NCBI RefSeq assembly: GCF_000143415.4
Contig: NW_003314331.1
Span: forward strand, 292,244 to 356,243
Origin: Selaginella moellendorffii
Lineage: Eukaryota > Plantae > Lycopodiophyta
DNA: 64,000 bases
Direction: 5' to 3'
Positions 1 to 12,200 of the stretch are shown piece by piece (the stretch's first letter is position 1; each line of letters opens with the position of its first letter). The notes beneath the pieces were generated by a model. It saw only the letters and a program-made list of their open reading frames with translations. It ran no database searches and was not told the origin of the DNA. The translations under genes were made by a program, and so were the position numbers.

Positions 1-1828
1 TTCCTCCATTCGTCTCTCATCCGAGAGACGTGAGGAACGTCCCGATTGATTGGCAGGATCCCGCTCCACCGCCGCCACCTCCGAATCTCTCCATTGAGGA
101 GGTTACTGGACTTGAGAATGTGCCCCGTAGTCCTGGAGGTGGGATTGTTAGTATGGAGGATGATGCGCCACCTTTTCCTGGTTTTTATCCTCGGAGGAGT
201 CCAGAGCGCGGTGCCACGGAAGATCCCGAACTGGAAGAGCAAATGGTCAGAGCGGCCATTGAAGCGTCAAAGATGGATCCCGAGACAGGAGCTGTAAGTG
301 TTCTTCTTTTCGTTTTACAAGGTCTTTTCTAACGATTTCAGGGCTCTGCAGGATTCCGCAAGTCAATCTGTGCCGGGTACTGAAGACGATGACATTGCCC
401 GTGCGGTTTCGCTATCCTTGAAGGTACACTCGGAGTTTTCTCGTAAAGAGTTTTATGGTTGAAGCGTTTTACCTTAGACTGCAGAGGACGAGAAGAGGTT
501 TCGAGATTTACTCTCGCAGCCGGAAGATACAGCAAGGTATGCTTGATCGCTGCCGTTTCTGCAAGACGTGATTGTTTCTATTGCAGGGGAGAGAATCCAA
601 GTACTGGTCCAAGCAGTTTCCCGACACGGAACGTCATCCAGGAGCCAGAGGAAACTCCTGACGAGCAGCCTTTACTCAGACGCAGACAGAGGCGCGTTGT
701 TCCAATAGTGGAGGAGCCTGCTGCCGAGGAAGCCTTTGAGAGACAGCCACGAAGTGCTGACGAAGAGCATCGTCCAAGTGCGCCGCAGCCCAATGGCGAC
801 ATGATCCCCGCTGACGAGGTAGAGGATCTCTGCAGAAAGAAAGTCAGTGCTGACGCTCTCGACTTGTCATGCAATCTTCAGTGGGCAGGAATATCCTCGG
901 AGGAGCAGGACGAAGCAGTGATGCTGGAGGCGGCGTTTTTTGGTGGACTTCCCGACATCCAGTATCGTCCAACACCTGAGTTCGCTGCTGCTAGCGCCGC
1001 CGATGTGTCAAGTTCTCGCCCCCAGCAGCCGCTTTCACCCTCCGTCGTTGCGCAACGGCTGTTGCGTGAGCAGCAGGTACTTTGATCTTCTGTGGTTTTT
1101 TCTACTTTTCCCTTCCTGGGAAAACGAAAGAAGTTTTTCCATTTTATCACTCCATGATTCCAGGATGATGAATACCTGGCCTCGCTAGCGGCCGACAGAG
1201 AGAAAGAGGTGAAAGCGAAGCAAGACGCCGAGGCCGCGAGCGAGATGGAGAAGCTCCGGCGGCAGGAGGAGCAGCGCAGATCCGAGGCAGCAGCGGTAAG
1301 CGCTCCCTCCTTTGTCTCGTTTTCCTTGTTTGTTTCCTTGCAACTGAGTGTGTGATGTGAACAGGAGCTGGAGAGAAAGCTGGCGACCAAGGCCGAGTCG
1401 CTGCCAGCCGAGCCAACGCAAGAGGACGATCAAGCCGTGACGATTCTCGTTCGCTTGCCAGACGGTAGCCGGCACGGCCGCCGATTCAGAAAGTCAGACA
1501 AGCTCCAGGTGAGCTAAGTGCATCCGCACTGACACACATGTCGAGATATCATCAATCTCATATCTTTTTACGTGTCTCTCGCAGAATCTCTTCGATTTTA
1601 TTGACCTCAGCCGAGCAGTGGAGCCTGGCACCTATAGGCTGGTATGTTTCCTCCCAAATCCTTTAGTCGCTCCTCGGTTTTGATTCGATTTGGATGGATT
1701 GGAAAAATTTTCTTTCTCAGGTGAGACAGTATCCGCGAAGAGCTTTTACTGGTGACGACCACGCTGCGTCGTTTGATAGCTTGGGCCTCACGAGCAAGCA
1801 GGAAGCACTGTTCCTGGAAACCATTTAA
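1..1828 (+). CDS. UBX domain-containing protein (PUX8-13-like, with UIM-like motifs); multi-exon, 5' end outside window
   Basis: Exon peptides [23 protein letters not shown]|[39 protein letters not shown]|VRQYPR, ending QEALFLETI* (TAA 1826-1828); short GT-AG introns. Confidence 0.9.
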
Positions 1829-2616
1829 AGCGCGAATGAGAGAACGCGAAAGAATAGAAAGAAATCGCGAGGAAGAGCTTCTCTTCTTTTTTTTTGGACG
1901 GGGATTTGGCGCGAGCGATTTTTTGTGTGTATCTACGAGGGAATATTGGGCGTGGTATATTCCATCGAGCTCCAAAACTCACCTTTTTACGAATATTTTA
2001 CAACCGAGTGTGAGTGATCTTGTGCTTTGTGCATTGCTTAGGCTAGGGTTCCTCGGGCTGCGCGGGCGGCGGCTCTCGATCGATCACCCGGAATTTCATC
2101 TTCGTATCCCCGCCGGGGCGACGCGATTCGATGAAGGGGAGGTAGCGGCGAGAATCGGGAGATTTTTTTATTCTCGCGCTTCTTCTTCTCGAGCAGTCGA
2201 TCAATCTGGGACGCGCGCGGGCTTGCATTTGGATGTGAATCGATCGCTGCGGTGAGTTTTCCCCCTTTTTCCATATAGTTACTGTTTGGATGTCGATTCG
2301 ATACATTTGAGCAGTGTGGGAGCGTCTGAGGGAGAAAACATGGCATGCCTCTCCGGAGCTCCTGGATTGCCTCTAGCCTGCGAGCGATTGGAGAAAGAGG
2401 AAGAAACTGGAATGGTAAGAGGATTTCCTTGAAGGAAGTTTCTCGAAAGCCGCTGATCTTTGTCTCGTTTCACGCAGCGTTAGCCCCAAAGCAGAAGCCG
2501 AAGAAGAACACGAAGAACAGAAGAAGAACAAGAGGAAGGAGAGGATGCTTGCCACGAGGTGAACTCTCCCAGGCCAAAGGACTTCCTTGGATCGAACAGG
2601 AGGGGAGAAGGAAGCC

Positions 2617-3354
2617 ATGGCTCCCCTCAAGGGTCCTCACAATGAGAGCTACACGGACTTCTACGACGATTGGTCCAACACGCAGCTCCAGCAGCTGGAA
2701 GAACTGGAGCGCGCTCTCAACAGCAACATGTCCGAGTCGGAGATCAAAGCTCTGGTGGACAAGGCCAAGATGCACTACGACTACTACTACGGCGCCAAGG
2801 ACAACGCCGCCAAGCAAAACGTCCTCCAAGTCATGACCCCGGCCTGGAAGACTCCACTCGAGACGGCCTTCATGTGGACAGGGGGGTGGCGGCCGACGAT
2901 GGTGTTCCAGCTCGCCTACGCGCTCGCCGGCCAGCTCGTAGAGGCCGAGCTCTCGGAGCTCCTCTCCGGGGTGGACAGCCCGAGCCTGGCTTCGCTCTCG
3001 GCCCGGCAGCTCGAGAGGATCAACGAGATGCAAGTGAAGGTCCAGAAGCAGGAGGACGACATCTCGCACCGGATGGCGGTGCTGCAGCAGGGGATGGCGG
3101 ACCAGCCGTTTGTGGGGATCACGCAGACGCTGGCCGCGAGCGAGGATGATAAGATGGAGGCGGCGCTGGATTCCAAGCTCAAGGATCTGGAGAGCCTGCT
3201 GGAGGAGGCGGATAACTTGAGGAGGGAGACGCTGCACAACATGCTGGACACGCTCACTCCCGTCCAGGCGGCTCAGTACCTGGTGGCGGCGGCGCAGCTC
3301 CAGGTGGCGTTCCGGAAGATTGGGGCAGTGAAGAACGGCAAGAGTGACGATTGA
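2617..3354 (+). CDS. DOG1-domain protein (DOG1-like/TGA C-terminal domain, no bZIP)
   Basis: Intronless ORF with FYDDW...HYDYYYGAK...PAWKTPLETAFMWTGGWRP...LSARQL...EADNLRRETL...LTPVQAAQYL; first ATG 2617. Confidence 0.9.
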   Translation: MAPLKGPHNESYTDFYDDWSNTQLQQLEELERALNSNMSESEIKALVDKAKMHYDYYYGAKDNAAKQNVLQVMTPAWKTPLETAFMWTGGWRPTMVFQLAYALAGQLVEAELSELLSGVDSPSLASLSARQLERINEMQVKVQKQEDDISHRMAVLQQGMADQPFVGITQTLAASEDDKMEAALDSKLKDLESLLEEADNLRRETLHNMLDTLTPVQAAQYLVAAAQLQVAFRKIGAVKNGKSDD

Positions 3355-3632
3355 GACGAGCAGCGGCGGAGGAATGTGGATCGATCGAGCCTTCGATGGG
3401 TCGATCCAAGCGAGAGTGGCGACGATACGATGGAGAAGAGAGGAAGAAAAGAACAAAGAAGTATCATGAGACCAGCGAGTGTTAGATTTCTTTTCCAATC
3501 GCATTTGTACCTGGAATATTCTTGGTATTTAAGACTTGCTTTTAGGGTTCTTTACAGTCGCATTTGAATTTCGAATATTCGTAGAATGTCCCTTTTCCCC
3601 AAATGCGAGACTTTCTTTTAGGGTTCTTATCG

Positions 3633-5085
3633 CTAGATCGATCGCGCGATAGCTGTCGCGGCAAGGAGGAGAATGGCGGCGATGAGGCGCGGCGCCAGCG
3701 GAGGATCGGCGCCGGAGGTCGCCGACGCCGAATCCCCCGCCTCGTTGATGCTGCGCAGCTCCAGCGTGTTGCTGTAGAGGCTGCCGAGGAGATCCTCGGC
3801 GGTCTTGTTGGAGGCGACGGACGAGGAGGCGCCCGCGGCGAACTCGTTGGCCAGGAGGTTCTCGCCGCTGAAGAGGTTCTTGAATGTCTCGTTGTTGTTG
3901 GCCTTGTCCATGACGTCGTTGAACTCCTGGATCTCTTTCTTGGAGAAGTTCCCGGCCACCATGATGGTGTGGCCGGGCGCGGTGCCGAAGTTGCAGGATC
4001 TGTAGCTGGAGATGCTGGCGCAGGGCTTTCCATCGAGTGGAGTCGGGCACACGAGCTGGTAAGATCCGGTGTCTTGGAGATTGGTCCAGTTTTGTTCTAA
4101 GTCGCCGCCCTTTGCATAGAGGCTCGGGATGGTGTGCTTCGTGAAGGCGATGTCTCCGCCGCCCTCCACCAAGCAACGGAACGCTCCAGAGTAGTCGTAG
4201 TAGTCGTCGTCCTCCGAGCATCCAGACTTGATCTTACAGCCGCTGCAAATGCTCTTCCTGGGATCGTTGCTCGCAGCACACGATGTGGAGAAGAAGGATC
4301 TCACGGACTCGATGTCGTTGGTGATCTGTGGATCCCTGCAAGAACACAAAAAAGTTTGCCAAGGTGGGTTTTTCCTTCTTTTTCTTTTACTTCTACTTCG
4401 ACTTACTTGCTGACCAAAGGCATGATTTTGTTGTGGATGAAGTATGTGACGGGGAGAACCCAGCCTGCCGATCTTCCGTAGCCGGTGTGGCAGGACTTTT
4501 TGCCGCGTAGATCTGATAGCTTCCTCGGGCAGCTGTCGGCTTTCACGATTCCAACGCCGTAGTATCTGCTGCTCTCGAGTTGATTCACCTCAGTCCGGAT
4601 GGGGAGGAGTCCATACTGCTGGGATGCCTGGAGGATCTCGCCACCGTCAAAGATGCCAATCTTTGCGCCGCCAGTCGCGATCTTCTTCATGCAGCTCTCG
4701 GCATCGCCTTCGCCAGCAACGCTACAAGCAGAAGACATGAGGTTTGGTTGCTTCTCCTCTTTTAATTGTGCGACTAAACAAAGATCTTACCAGCTGTGCT
4801 GGTGTTCTCTTTCAGGATCAATGCCGTCAAGGATGGTGTTCATCCTCTTGCACAAGTCAAGCTCGTCTTCGTCTTCCACGCACCACACCCAACCTGTTGC
4901 AGAGGAACAGGCGCTGCTAAGATCTCTAAGCCAAGGCTCTGAAACTTACTTTCCTGGAAAGGATCGTCGTCGTCATCATCGTCCCCGGATGGAGGAGCTG
5001 CTGCTGGCCCCTGTGAATCCACCTTGACCACAAAGAGCGCAACGCAGATCAAAAGCAGCAACAACCACAGGTACGACCGCTCCAT
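3633..5085 (-). CDS. Single-lobe transferrin-family protein with signal peptide and GPI-like tail (~418 aa; exons 5085-4950, 4893-4791, 4721-4407, 4335-3633)
   Basis: VWCVEDEDELDLC, IFDGG, YYGVGIVK, LRGKKSCHTGYGRSAGW, YYDYSGAFRCLVEGGGDIAFTKH, YQLVCP, CNFGTAPGHTIM; splicing keeps frame (1257 nt). Confidence 0.93.
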
Positions 5086-6386
5086 TCTTCCCTGTAAGAA
5101 TTTTACCAAGCTTCCATCAACAGGGAGAGAGGTCAATCAACACTCGCGCAACGAGAGAGCAAGGAAAACAAGAAAGAACTTGTGAGGCGCCGAAGAGCCA
5201 GGCAGGAAGATAAGGCCGTGCAATGTGCTCAGCCTCGCAGCAGTGGCACAAACACTTTTCTTTTCCTGATTGGCTGAGAGGGAGCTAAAGTAATAGATAT
5301 GCTCTCGCTCCTCGGTACTGCTAATCTTCTTGGTCATGAAACAGATACTTCTTTAACAGCATCGCAGAGAGAAAACGTACAGACAGCACATGATCAAAGA
5401 TTCAACCCAGAGGAACGCAAAGACCTGTAAGCTACATTTGCAGGAGAGGTATTACTGACCTGAGACCTCTTTGTTCTTCTAGAAAGGCTTGATCATCTAG
5501 TATCTGGGCTGTAAAGGCTCTATAGCTGCGAGCGAGAGCTTGTCGCTATGTAACATGATATGTGAGGTGACTCACTTTATATATTTCGCTCTCTCCTTGA
5601 CTAGCAGAGCGTTCCTCGTCACATGAAGTGCTCCTACGGGCAGAATATGCGCCGGCATCCACAGCGACGTGTGACCACGAAGCAAAAGTACGCTCGCAAT
5701 GTGGGCGACACGGGTGCGAGCAGGAAACTAGCTGAGTTGGCCGCCACATCAGCTGGCACGTAAGATATGTATCAATTTACACATAGGCATATTAGCGATT
5801 GAATACTTAGATAAAAAGAATTTGAAAATATCTGAATAAATTGAATTTGAAAATTTAATATAGTTTTAAAGCAAATCATTTTCGAATTTGCGTTTTCTAA
5901 AGCTCAAACAGTTCTACAAGAAAAAGGAGACAACGTTTCATCAAACTTTGTCGACAGATTTTCTGATTCACCAAATATATGTAAAGATGTACAAAGGAGC
6001 TTCCTAAAAAGGTCAGAGGCAAAGAAGAAAGAAAATCTAAAGAGGAAGAGCAATGGTGGATGTTACCTGCGGCAATGGAATGGAAAAACAGACCTCTACA
6101 AATTAAAAACCATGGAAGGCCGCTTGATCGCTTGCTTGCTCGCTAGAAACGTAAGCTTCGCATATCTTTGTTGGACGGTGGTACGCCGCCTTCTTTGTTT
6201 CATCATCATCTTGAGTGGAGAGGAGTAATGTTACAGGATCGGGGAACTTGGAGGAGAAGGTACGCTTTACAAGGAAGGATGGAATTGTGCTTCTTTTGTT
6301 GGATGGTTGTTTGTTTCATCGTTGTCTCTGTTGATCTTCTTCTTTCTTCTTCTTCGTCTTCTATACACGCGAAGCCCCGGCGAGAA

Positions 6387-9216
6387 CTAAGCTTCTAGTT
6401 CCGCCTGCTCCTTGGCCTGATGGGCCGCCCAGTAATTGTTTGCTGCGATCACTCGATCCAGCAGCTCCTGAGGCACCGGATCCCCCCGGCGCTGGTGGGG
6501 AGCGATCTGTGCAGTGTGGACCAGTGTCTTCCACTTGTCCTGGAACAACAGGCCTGTTAGATGGAAGAAAAAAAACAAAAAGACAATCCAACAGCACTGA
6601 CCTTAAGATCCACGTATGTCCTGTGCTTGGCGTTCTCAAAAGCCTGGAGTTTGACATCACGCCACCTGGAAGGAAAAGACCAAACGAGATAAGTCAAGAG
6701 AAACAACAAAACAAGAAACAAAACTTCGTTACCTTCCAGTTCCAAGCTGCTCGACGGCCTGGACAAGGGATTCAACCTCGCCAACGCTAAACGGCCTCCT
6801 TATGCGCCGCTTGTGGATCTCCAGCGAGTGGCTCTTTGGACGCATGGGAACAAGAGCCAGCCCCTGAGCACCACCATTTTCCACTCCAACCCCGACTCCG
6901 ACCGCGGGGTGGAGGATTATGGCCTTCGCGTCGAGCACCCGAGGCTTGTACGGGGTGGCCTGAGATAAAGTCGAGGTCGAGTCCGACTCGTTCTGCTTGG
7001 CCTGGTCGTCCAGATCTCCCTCTGGCTTCATCGTTGGCACAGCGGACGCGTCATTGTGCTGTTCAGGAGCAGGGCCCAGCGAAGTCGTCGGGACTGAAAC
7101 ATTTGCTGTAGCATCTGGCTCTTGTTGCTGTGTACTGTCGGCTGATGGACGAGTCCACGCGCCATCTACAACATAAGCTGACCTGCAAGCCAAAAAAATA
7201 TAAAAACTCATTCAACACAACCAAAAACACGTTTTTCATACCTGGAATTCGGCTCACTCGCCGCATGTAACAGGACAAGGAGAGGATCGTCCTGCTCAGT
7301 TGACGCGGAAGGAATGGACGTTGGCTCCAGCATAAAGCCCAAGTCAGACTTTCCGCCGTGAGAGATTCCCATCTCAGATAACGTCGCGGCTTCGTCGGGA
7401 ACCTTCCTACCCTGGACAAGAACGCAGACCCTTAAACCGCCTCCAAGTAAATTCATTGCTGCATCCATCACAGCCCTCTACATTTATACCAGAAAGGAAA
7501 TTAGCGGCTGGGATGCAGTAACCTACAAGGCTTACCTTCAAAGTTCCAACCGTGGCCGACTCTGGAATATCTACATAGAGCTCTGGAATGGTGAACGACT
7601 TGACGCTAACTTTGACTGCGAAAAAAGAGAAGAGAAAACGTTATTAAAACGCAAAGCCAGACGAAGCTTCCTTACCATGGCCGTCAGCTGTCTTTCGAGA
7701 TCCTGGTGGCGTTGCTACACTGGCTGCTTTGGCTGTAAAAGAAACAACAACGTTAGAATCCAAAACCTTCACGAAACTATTCTAATCTAAGCAGCCAGCA
7801 CACCCTCGCTCATTTCCGCGGTCTACGTTTACCTCTACGAAGTTTAGCAGCTGCTGCAGGAGGCTCACAATCTCCGTCAACATCCAAATCATGTGGCATG
7901 ATGAACGGGACATCCCCCTTAAACCGTTTCTTTCCTTTCACGGTTCTTTTATAGTGAGTGCCATCATCTGAAATTCAGGCCAACTCAGAACTTCCAAAGC
8001 AAACCACAACACTGAATCCCCACACAGGACTGACCACCACCCAACCTGTTTTCCAAAGGGTTATTGTCCGAACCAGCACTTTGCACACAGGCAAAGCTCA
8101 CGAACAACCCTTGTCCTTCCACACAGGTTGCCAACGTAAGGAAAAACTAGATCCGAAAACGATAAAGAATTCAATCGTGCCAAGAGTAGAGAAGCATACC
8201 TGAGGTTGGCGAAGAAAACTCGTCGTGCTTGTTGCGCTTGCCTCCCCAGCCAGAAGACCTGGACACGTTCTTCCTCTTCCGTGAACGCCTGCTATTCTTC
8301 TGTGGCTTTTCCAGACCCTCCTCGGACATGATGCACTCCGAGCTGCACTCCTCGTCTTTCACTTTTGCCTGATTTCCAGTCTCAGCACTCACGTGACTCA
8401 CTGGCTTATCGGTCACTACCACGCCATCTGGATTGCCCGGAACTACCGGAGCTACCGCTGCTGCCGCTGCCGCCGCTGCTTCAGCCTTATTCTTCCCTTT
8501 CATCTCCTCCTCGTGAGAAGCCTGGTTTACCTGACACTGCAAGTTGAGCAGCTTCCTGATGTCCGATTCTACTAGCGCGAACGACGTTCCGGATTCGTTA
8601 TCAGACTTAACGTCCTCCTGCTTCCGAGGCTGCACTGGACCGTCTTTAACAATAAACTTATCTTCTACGCTAGAAGCAGCTTCCGCAGCGTCCCCAGTAC
8701 CTGAGCTTACTTGCTGCCTGAGCGCCTCCCTTTGAGTCTTCTGCTCCTCGCTACCCTGTAACAGCTCTAGCCCCGCAACCTCGGCTAACCAGTCAAAAGG
8801 AACACCAACTTTCCTGGATCCTCCAGCTCGACCCTGTAACAAAAAAAAAGGCACAGCCGCGGATAAGAACCCCGAGCAATGGAGAACAAGACGAAAAAGA
8901 GAAAAAACCAAAACCCCAACAACGCAGCATGCATGCATGCATGCCAAGGAAGCACAACACGGGCAGCAAAACCGAAAGAGAGAGAGGAAAAAAAAAGGAA
9001 GAATCTTAAAAACCCACCCGAGTAGAGGAACGAGTAGAACGAGGAAGCGCTGGTCCACTGTACCCCGGGACTCCCGATCCCATCCTTCGCCGAGCTCCCA
9101 TAAACATACACCGCGCGACGGAACTAAGGCGCTTTTATCTATCGTCCAGGCACGGCGCACAAGTGTCAGCTCCTACTACCTCTCTAAAACCTCGCTAAAG
9201 CCCAAAACCTTACCAT
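6387..9216 (-). CDS. Telomere repeat-binding protein (TRP/TRFL family: ubiquitin-like domain + telobox Myb + Myb-extension); 5' exons uncertain
   Basis: RRPFSVGEVESLVQAVEQLGTGRWRDVK...HRTYVDLKDKWKTLVHTA...RRGDPVPQELLDRV; VKSFTIPELYVDIPESATVGTLKRAV...LGFMLEP; FDWLAEVAG; stop 6387; start 9216 tentative. Confidence 0.88.
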
Positions 9217-12200
9217 ATATAAAAACCCCAGATCTAAAGGGTTTCCTCGAGCAATTTTAAAAATTTTAAAGGCGAGGATTTATCTGCAAGAAAATGTTTC
9301 GTAAAAACCAAGAAAAAAAAATTAAAAGGGAAGAGATCCGGTAAGAAGAAGAACAGGCAAATTTCTTTAAACTGACCCAAGCAACGAGATCAAGCATCAA
9401 GGAATCAAAAGGGATCTAAGAGATCTTACAATGCGCTTCTTGGAGGCCGATAATTCCCTACCGTACGCGGCCAATTCGCCCCCAATTCCTCGCACGCCCC
9501 GCAAGAAGGCCTCGGATTTCCCAATAGCCCCTACCGCCGCAGATCGATCCCCGGAACAAGGCCGCAAGATCTACCCTGGATGCCCCAATTCGCCGCCAAG
9601 ACGACGGATCTTTGCCTTCTTTCTTGACTTCTTCCAAGAATTTCTCACCCCTATCTCCTCGCCCGCCCGGCACCTAAGCCTCAATCCCTCGAGGAGCACG
9701 GCGCCGCCGTGGCGGCCAGCGCGCGTTCCTTCACAGGCACGCCCTCGAAGCGGCCGGCGCGAGCGCCACAAATTCCCCCTGCCGGAGGACGATCGCGCCC
9801 GCTAGAGCTCGCATTCGAGGCGCTTGGCGGCGGATCAAACGCCCAAAACGCTCCCTTCCTCTCTCTCCCTCTCTCGAAAAAATACCACACTCCAAATCTT
9901 TCTATGTCTTCCCAACGCGTGTTCTTCTTGTGTGTTCTGTAGGGCTTTGTTGTGTTTTTACCCCGCGGTTAAAAACTAATCTTTACCTCCAACTACAAAT
10001 ACCGGGTCGTCATTTACGGCATAAACCTCCGTCAAACCCAACGGCGATCCTCCGCCGTCCATTCCCAACCATCCGACGGTCCGGGCCCCGCGTGCTCTAA
10101 CGTGCGGCCAGCAATTGCAGCGCCATGCCCACTCGTATTCCACGTGTAGCTCTCTTTTAAACAGATAGGCTAGCGCAGCCCCGGCACAGGCCCAAGACAG
10201 GCCCGGCACAGCCTCGGCACAGCCTCGGCACACAGGCTCGGCCATCTTAAACCCCCTGGGTTTGAGATTTCGGGCTTTTTCCCTCCCTTATCTGCCACGT
10301 CCGCGCCTACGTGGCGAGCGGACCCAATGGCGCGTGTCCGTTTAACGTGGTCATCATCCACTTTTCCCATTGGCCAGCGTGTTTTACGTAGTGGGTTATA
10401 ATCCGTGCAGTCCAGAATGCCGTACGGGGCCATGCGCGCGCTCTATCCTCTGGCGCCCCCGGTCTGTGTGTGAGCCGGATGGATTGGCAGGGGAATCTTT
10501 TAGATTCCGGGCCGATTCCCCTAGTTGTTTTCTTTTCCCCTCAAGAAACATTCTAATCGCCAGTTTCTTGGAGGGGCGGCCATTCATGGCAAGCATGATT
10601 GGGTCATACCTTGGCAACCGAGCTTTGGATCTAAACAAACCCATCACCGTCCATTTAAGAAGAGAAGCGATTGTGTAGAGCTTACTTGATTGTGTGATTT
10701 TCCAGATTCCAATAACCCAGTTGTTGGATAGTAAAAAAAATGCGATTGATTATATTTTTTGGGTTTTGTATAGCTTATACAAAACTATACAACGAGTGCC
10801 TCGGCATTGAGGCTGGCATGTGGCCGCCCAACTACGCACCTCAACTTGAAAGGGTTGTTTTCTTGCAAATATTAGAGAAAGCTTGGAGGAACAACGCGGG
10901 ATGGATTGTTCCAAGATCTCAATCAAGTGTCTCGTCGGGATCAAAGAGAGAGATTTGGCATCGAAAACGTGACAGTCGCGTGGGGACAAAGAAGAAGAAG
11001 CGAGAATCAATCTCCTCCATATCTCAAGCCGCACAGAGTTCTCTTATTTTTCCTCTCAAAACCGCGATCAACTTGCTCGAAAACTCAAGGCGAAATCCTC
11101 GAAGTCAAACGTATTCAAAGGAGTTGACTATAGAAAGATTCCATCGCACCTCACATGTTGGTTGTATGGCGCCACAAGCAAGATGCCACGAACCGGGGAA
11201 TCGAATCATCGGTAATGACATAAACACAAAAAAAATCAACACACGACAGCCCACATTTGTGGCCAGGCCAGCCAGCGATAGACGATGTTCCTTTAACCTA
11301 AAAGGCTATTATACAGACTGGGAGAATCCAGATCCTCGAGAAAACAATGTGTGACTGTGAATCCCCTCGCTTTCCTCGCTCAGGGCTTCGATTCGAGCCG
11401 CGGACGTTTTGTTCCTGGTGTAACGTAGCTCTCGCCTCTAAATATTAAGAATAAAGGAATAAATAAAATAGAAGCACACATTCTAAATTGCTGACGCGTT
11501 GCTGGTGCTGTTCGTTTTTTGTACTATCCTGTTGTAGGAGGTGGTTTGGTAATTTGGTTCTTCCAGCATGATTCAAGGCAAGCACAGGCCAGACGCACCC
11601 AGTATAACTGCCAATTTTGTTCCAGAATTTATTTATAAATTCCAGAAAAAAGTATTGAATTTATATTTTTCGTGTAAATATTTCCGTTTCTTTTTTAATT
11701 CATAGAATGCTGTAAGAAACTGGCGATGGCGTGCGATGGACTCCTGTTGGTTACGTAATGGACAAGCGGCCAAGCAAACAGGTCAGTCAACTGGCCAGCG
11801 CGCAGCAGCGCTGCTACGTGACGATCGAAGATACCACTCACGCAATTGGAGCTTTGATCCAAAGTAATAACCATGTCTTCGCAACAAAATACTATACTAT
11901 AGAAACATCCACACCATTCAGAACACGAAATCGCTCGTGGAGGAAACAATACCAGTCCTGCTCGCATACGTCAGCAAAGCATTCTCTTTTCCTCCCTTAG
12001 GGCAGCTTTGTCAACTTTTATAATGGTCTCTGGAGCTTGATCACTCCTCTACCTACACTCTTTAGGAGAAAGCTTGTCCACTTGTGGATATATGTGTAGA
12101 CTATTTAATATGTATTCTAGATATTTAAAATTATTAAATGGTTGTTGCTTAGAATATGCTAGCATCACTCACTGGCGGCCTGCCACCATGAAAGGTCCAG

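Noticed and set aside
2470-3504. 344-aa minus-strand ORF
   Set aside because: Antisense shadow of the GC3-rich DOG1-domain gene; no recognisable motifs
5540-5770. ACGT/CACATG boxes upstream of the transferrin gene as iron-responsive elements
   Set aside because: Short motifs expected by chance; cannot be supported from sequence
10140-10390. Cluster of G-box/ABRE-like ACGT motifs and GGCACAG repeats
   Set aside because: Plausible promoter of the TRP gene but ordinary and unverifiable
10740-11354. 204-aa plus-strand ORF in the intergenic region
   Set aside because: No domain-like content or coding-like composition; probably spurious
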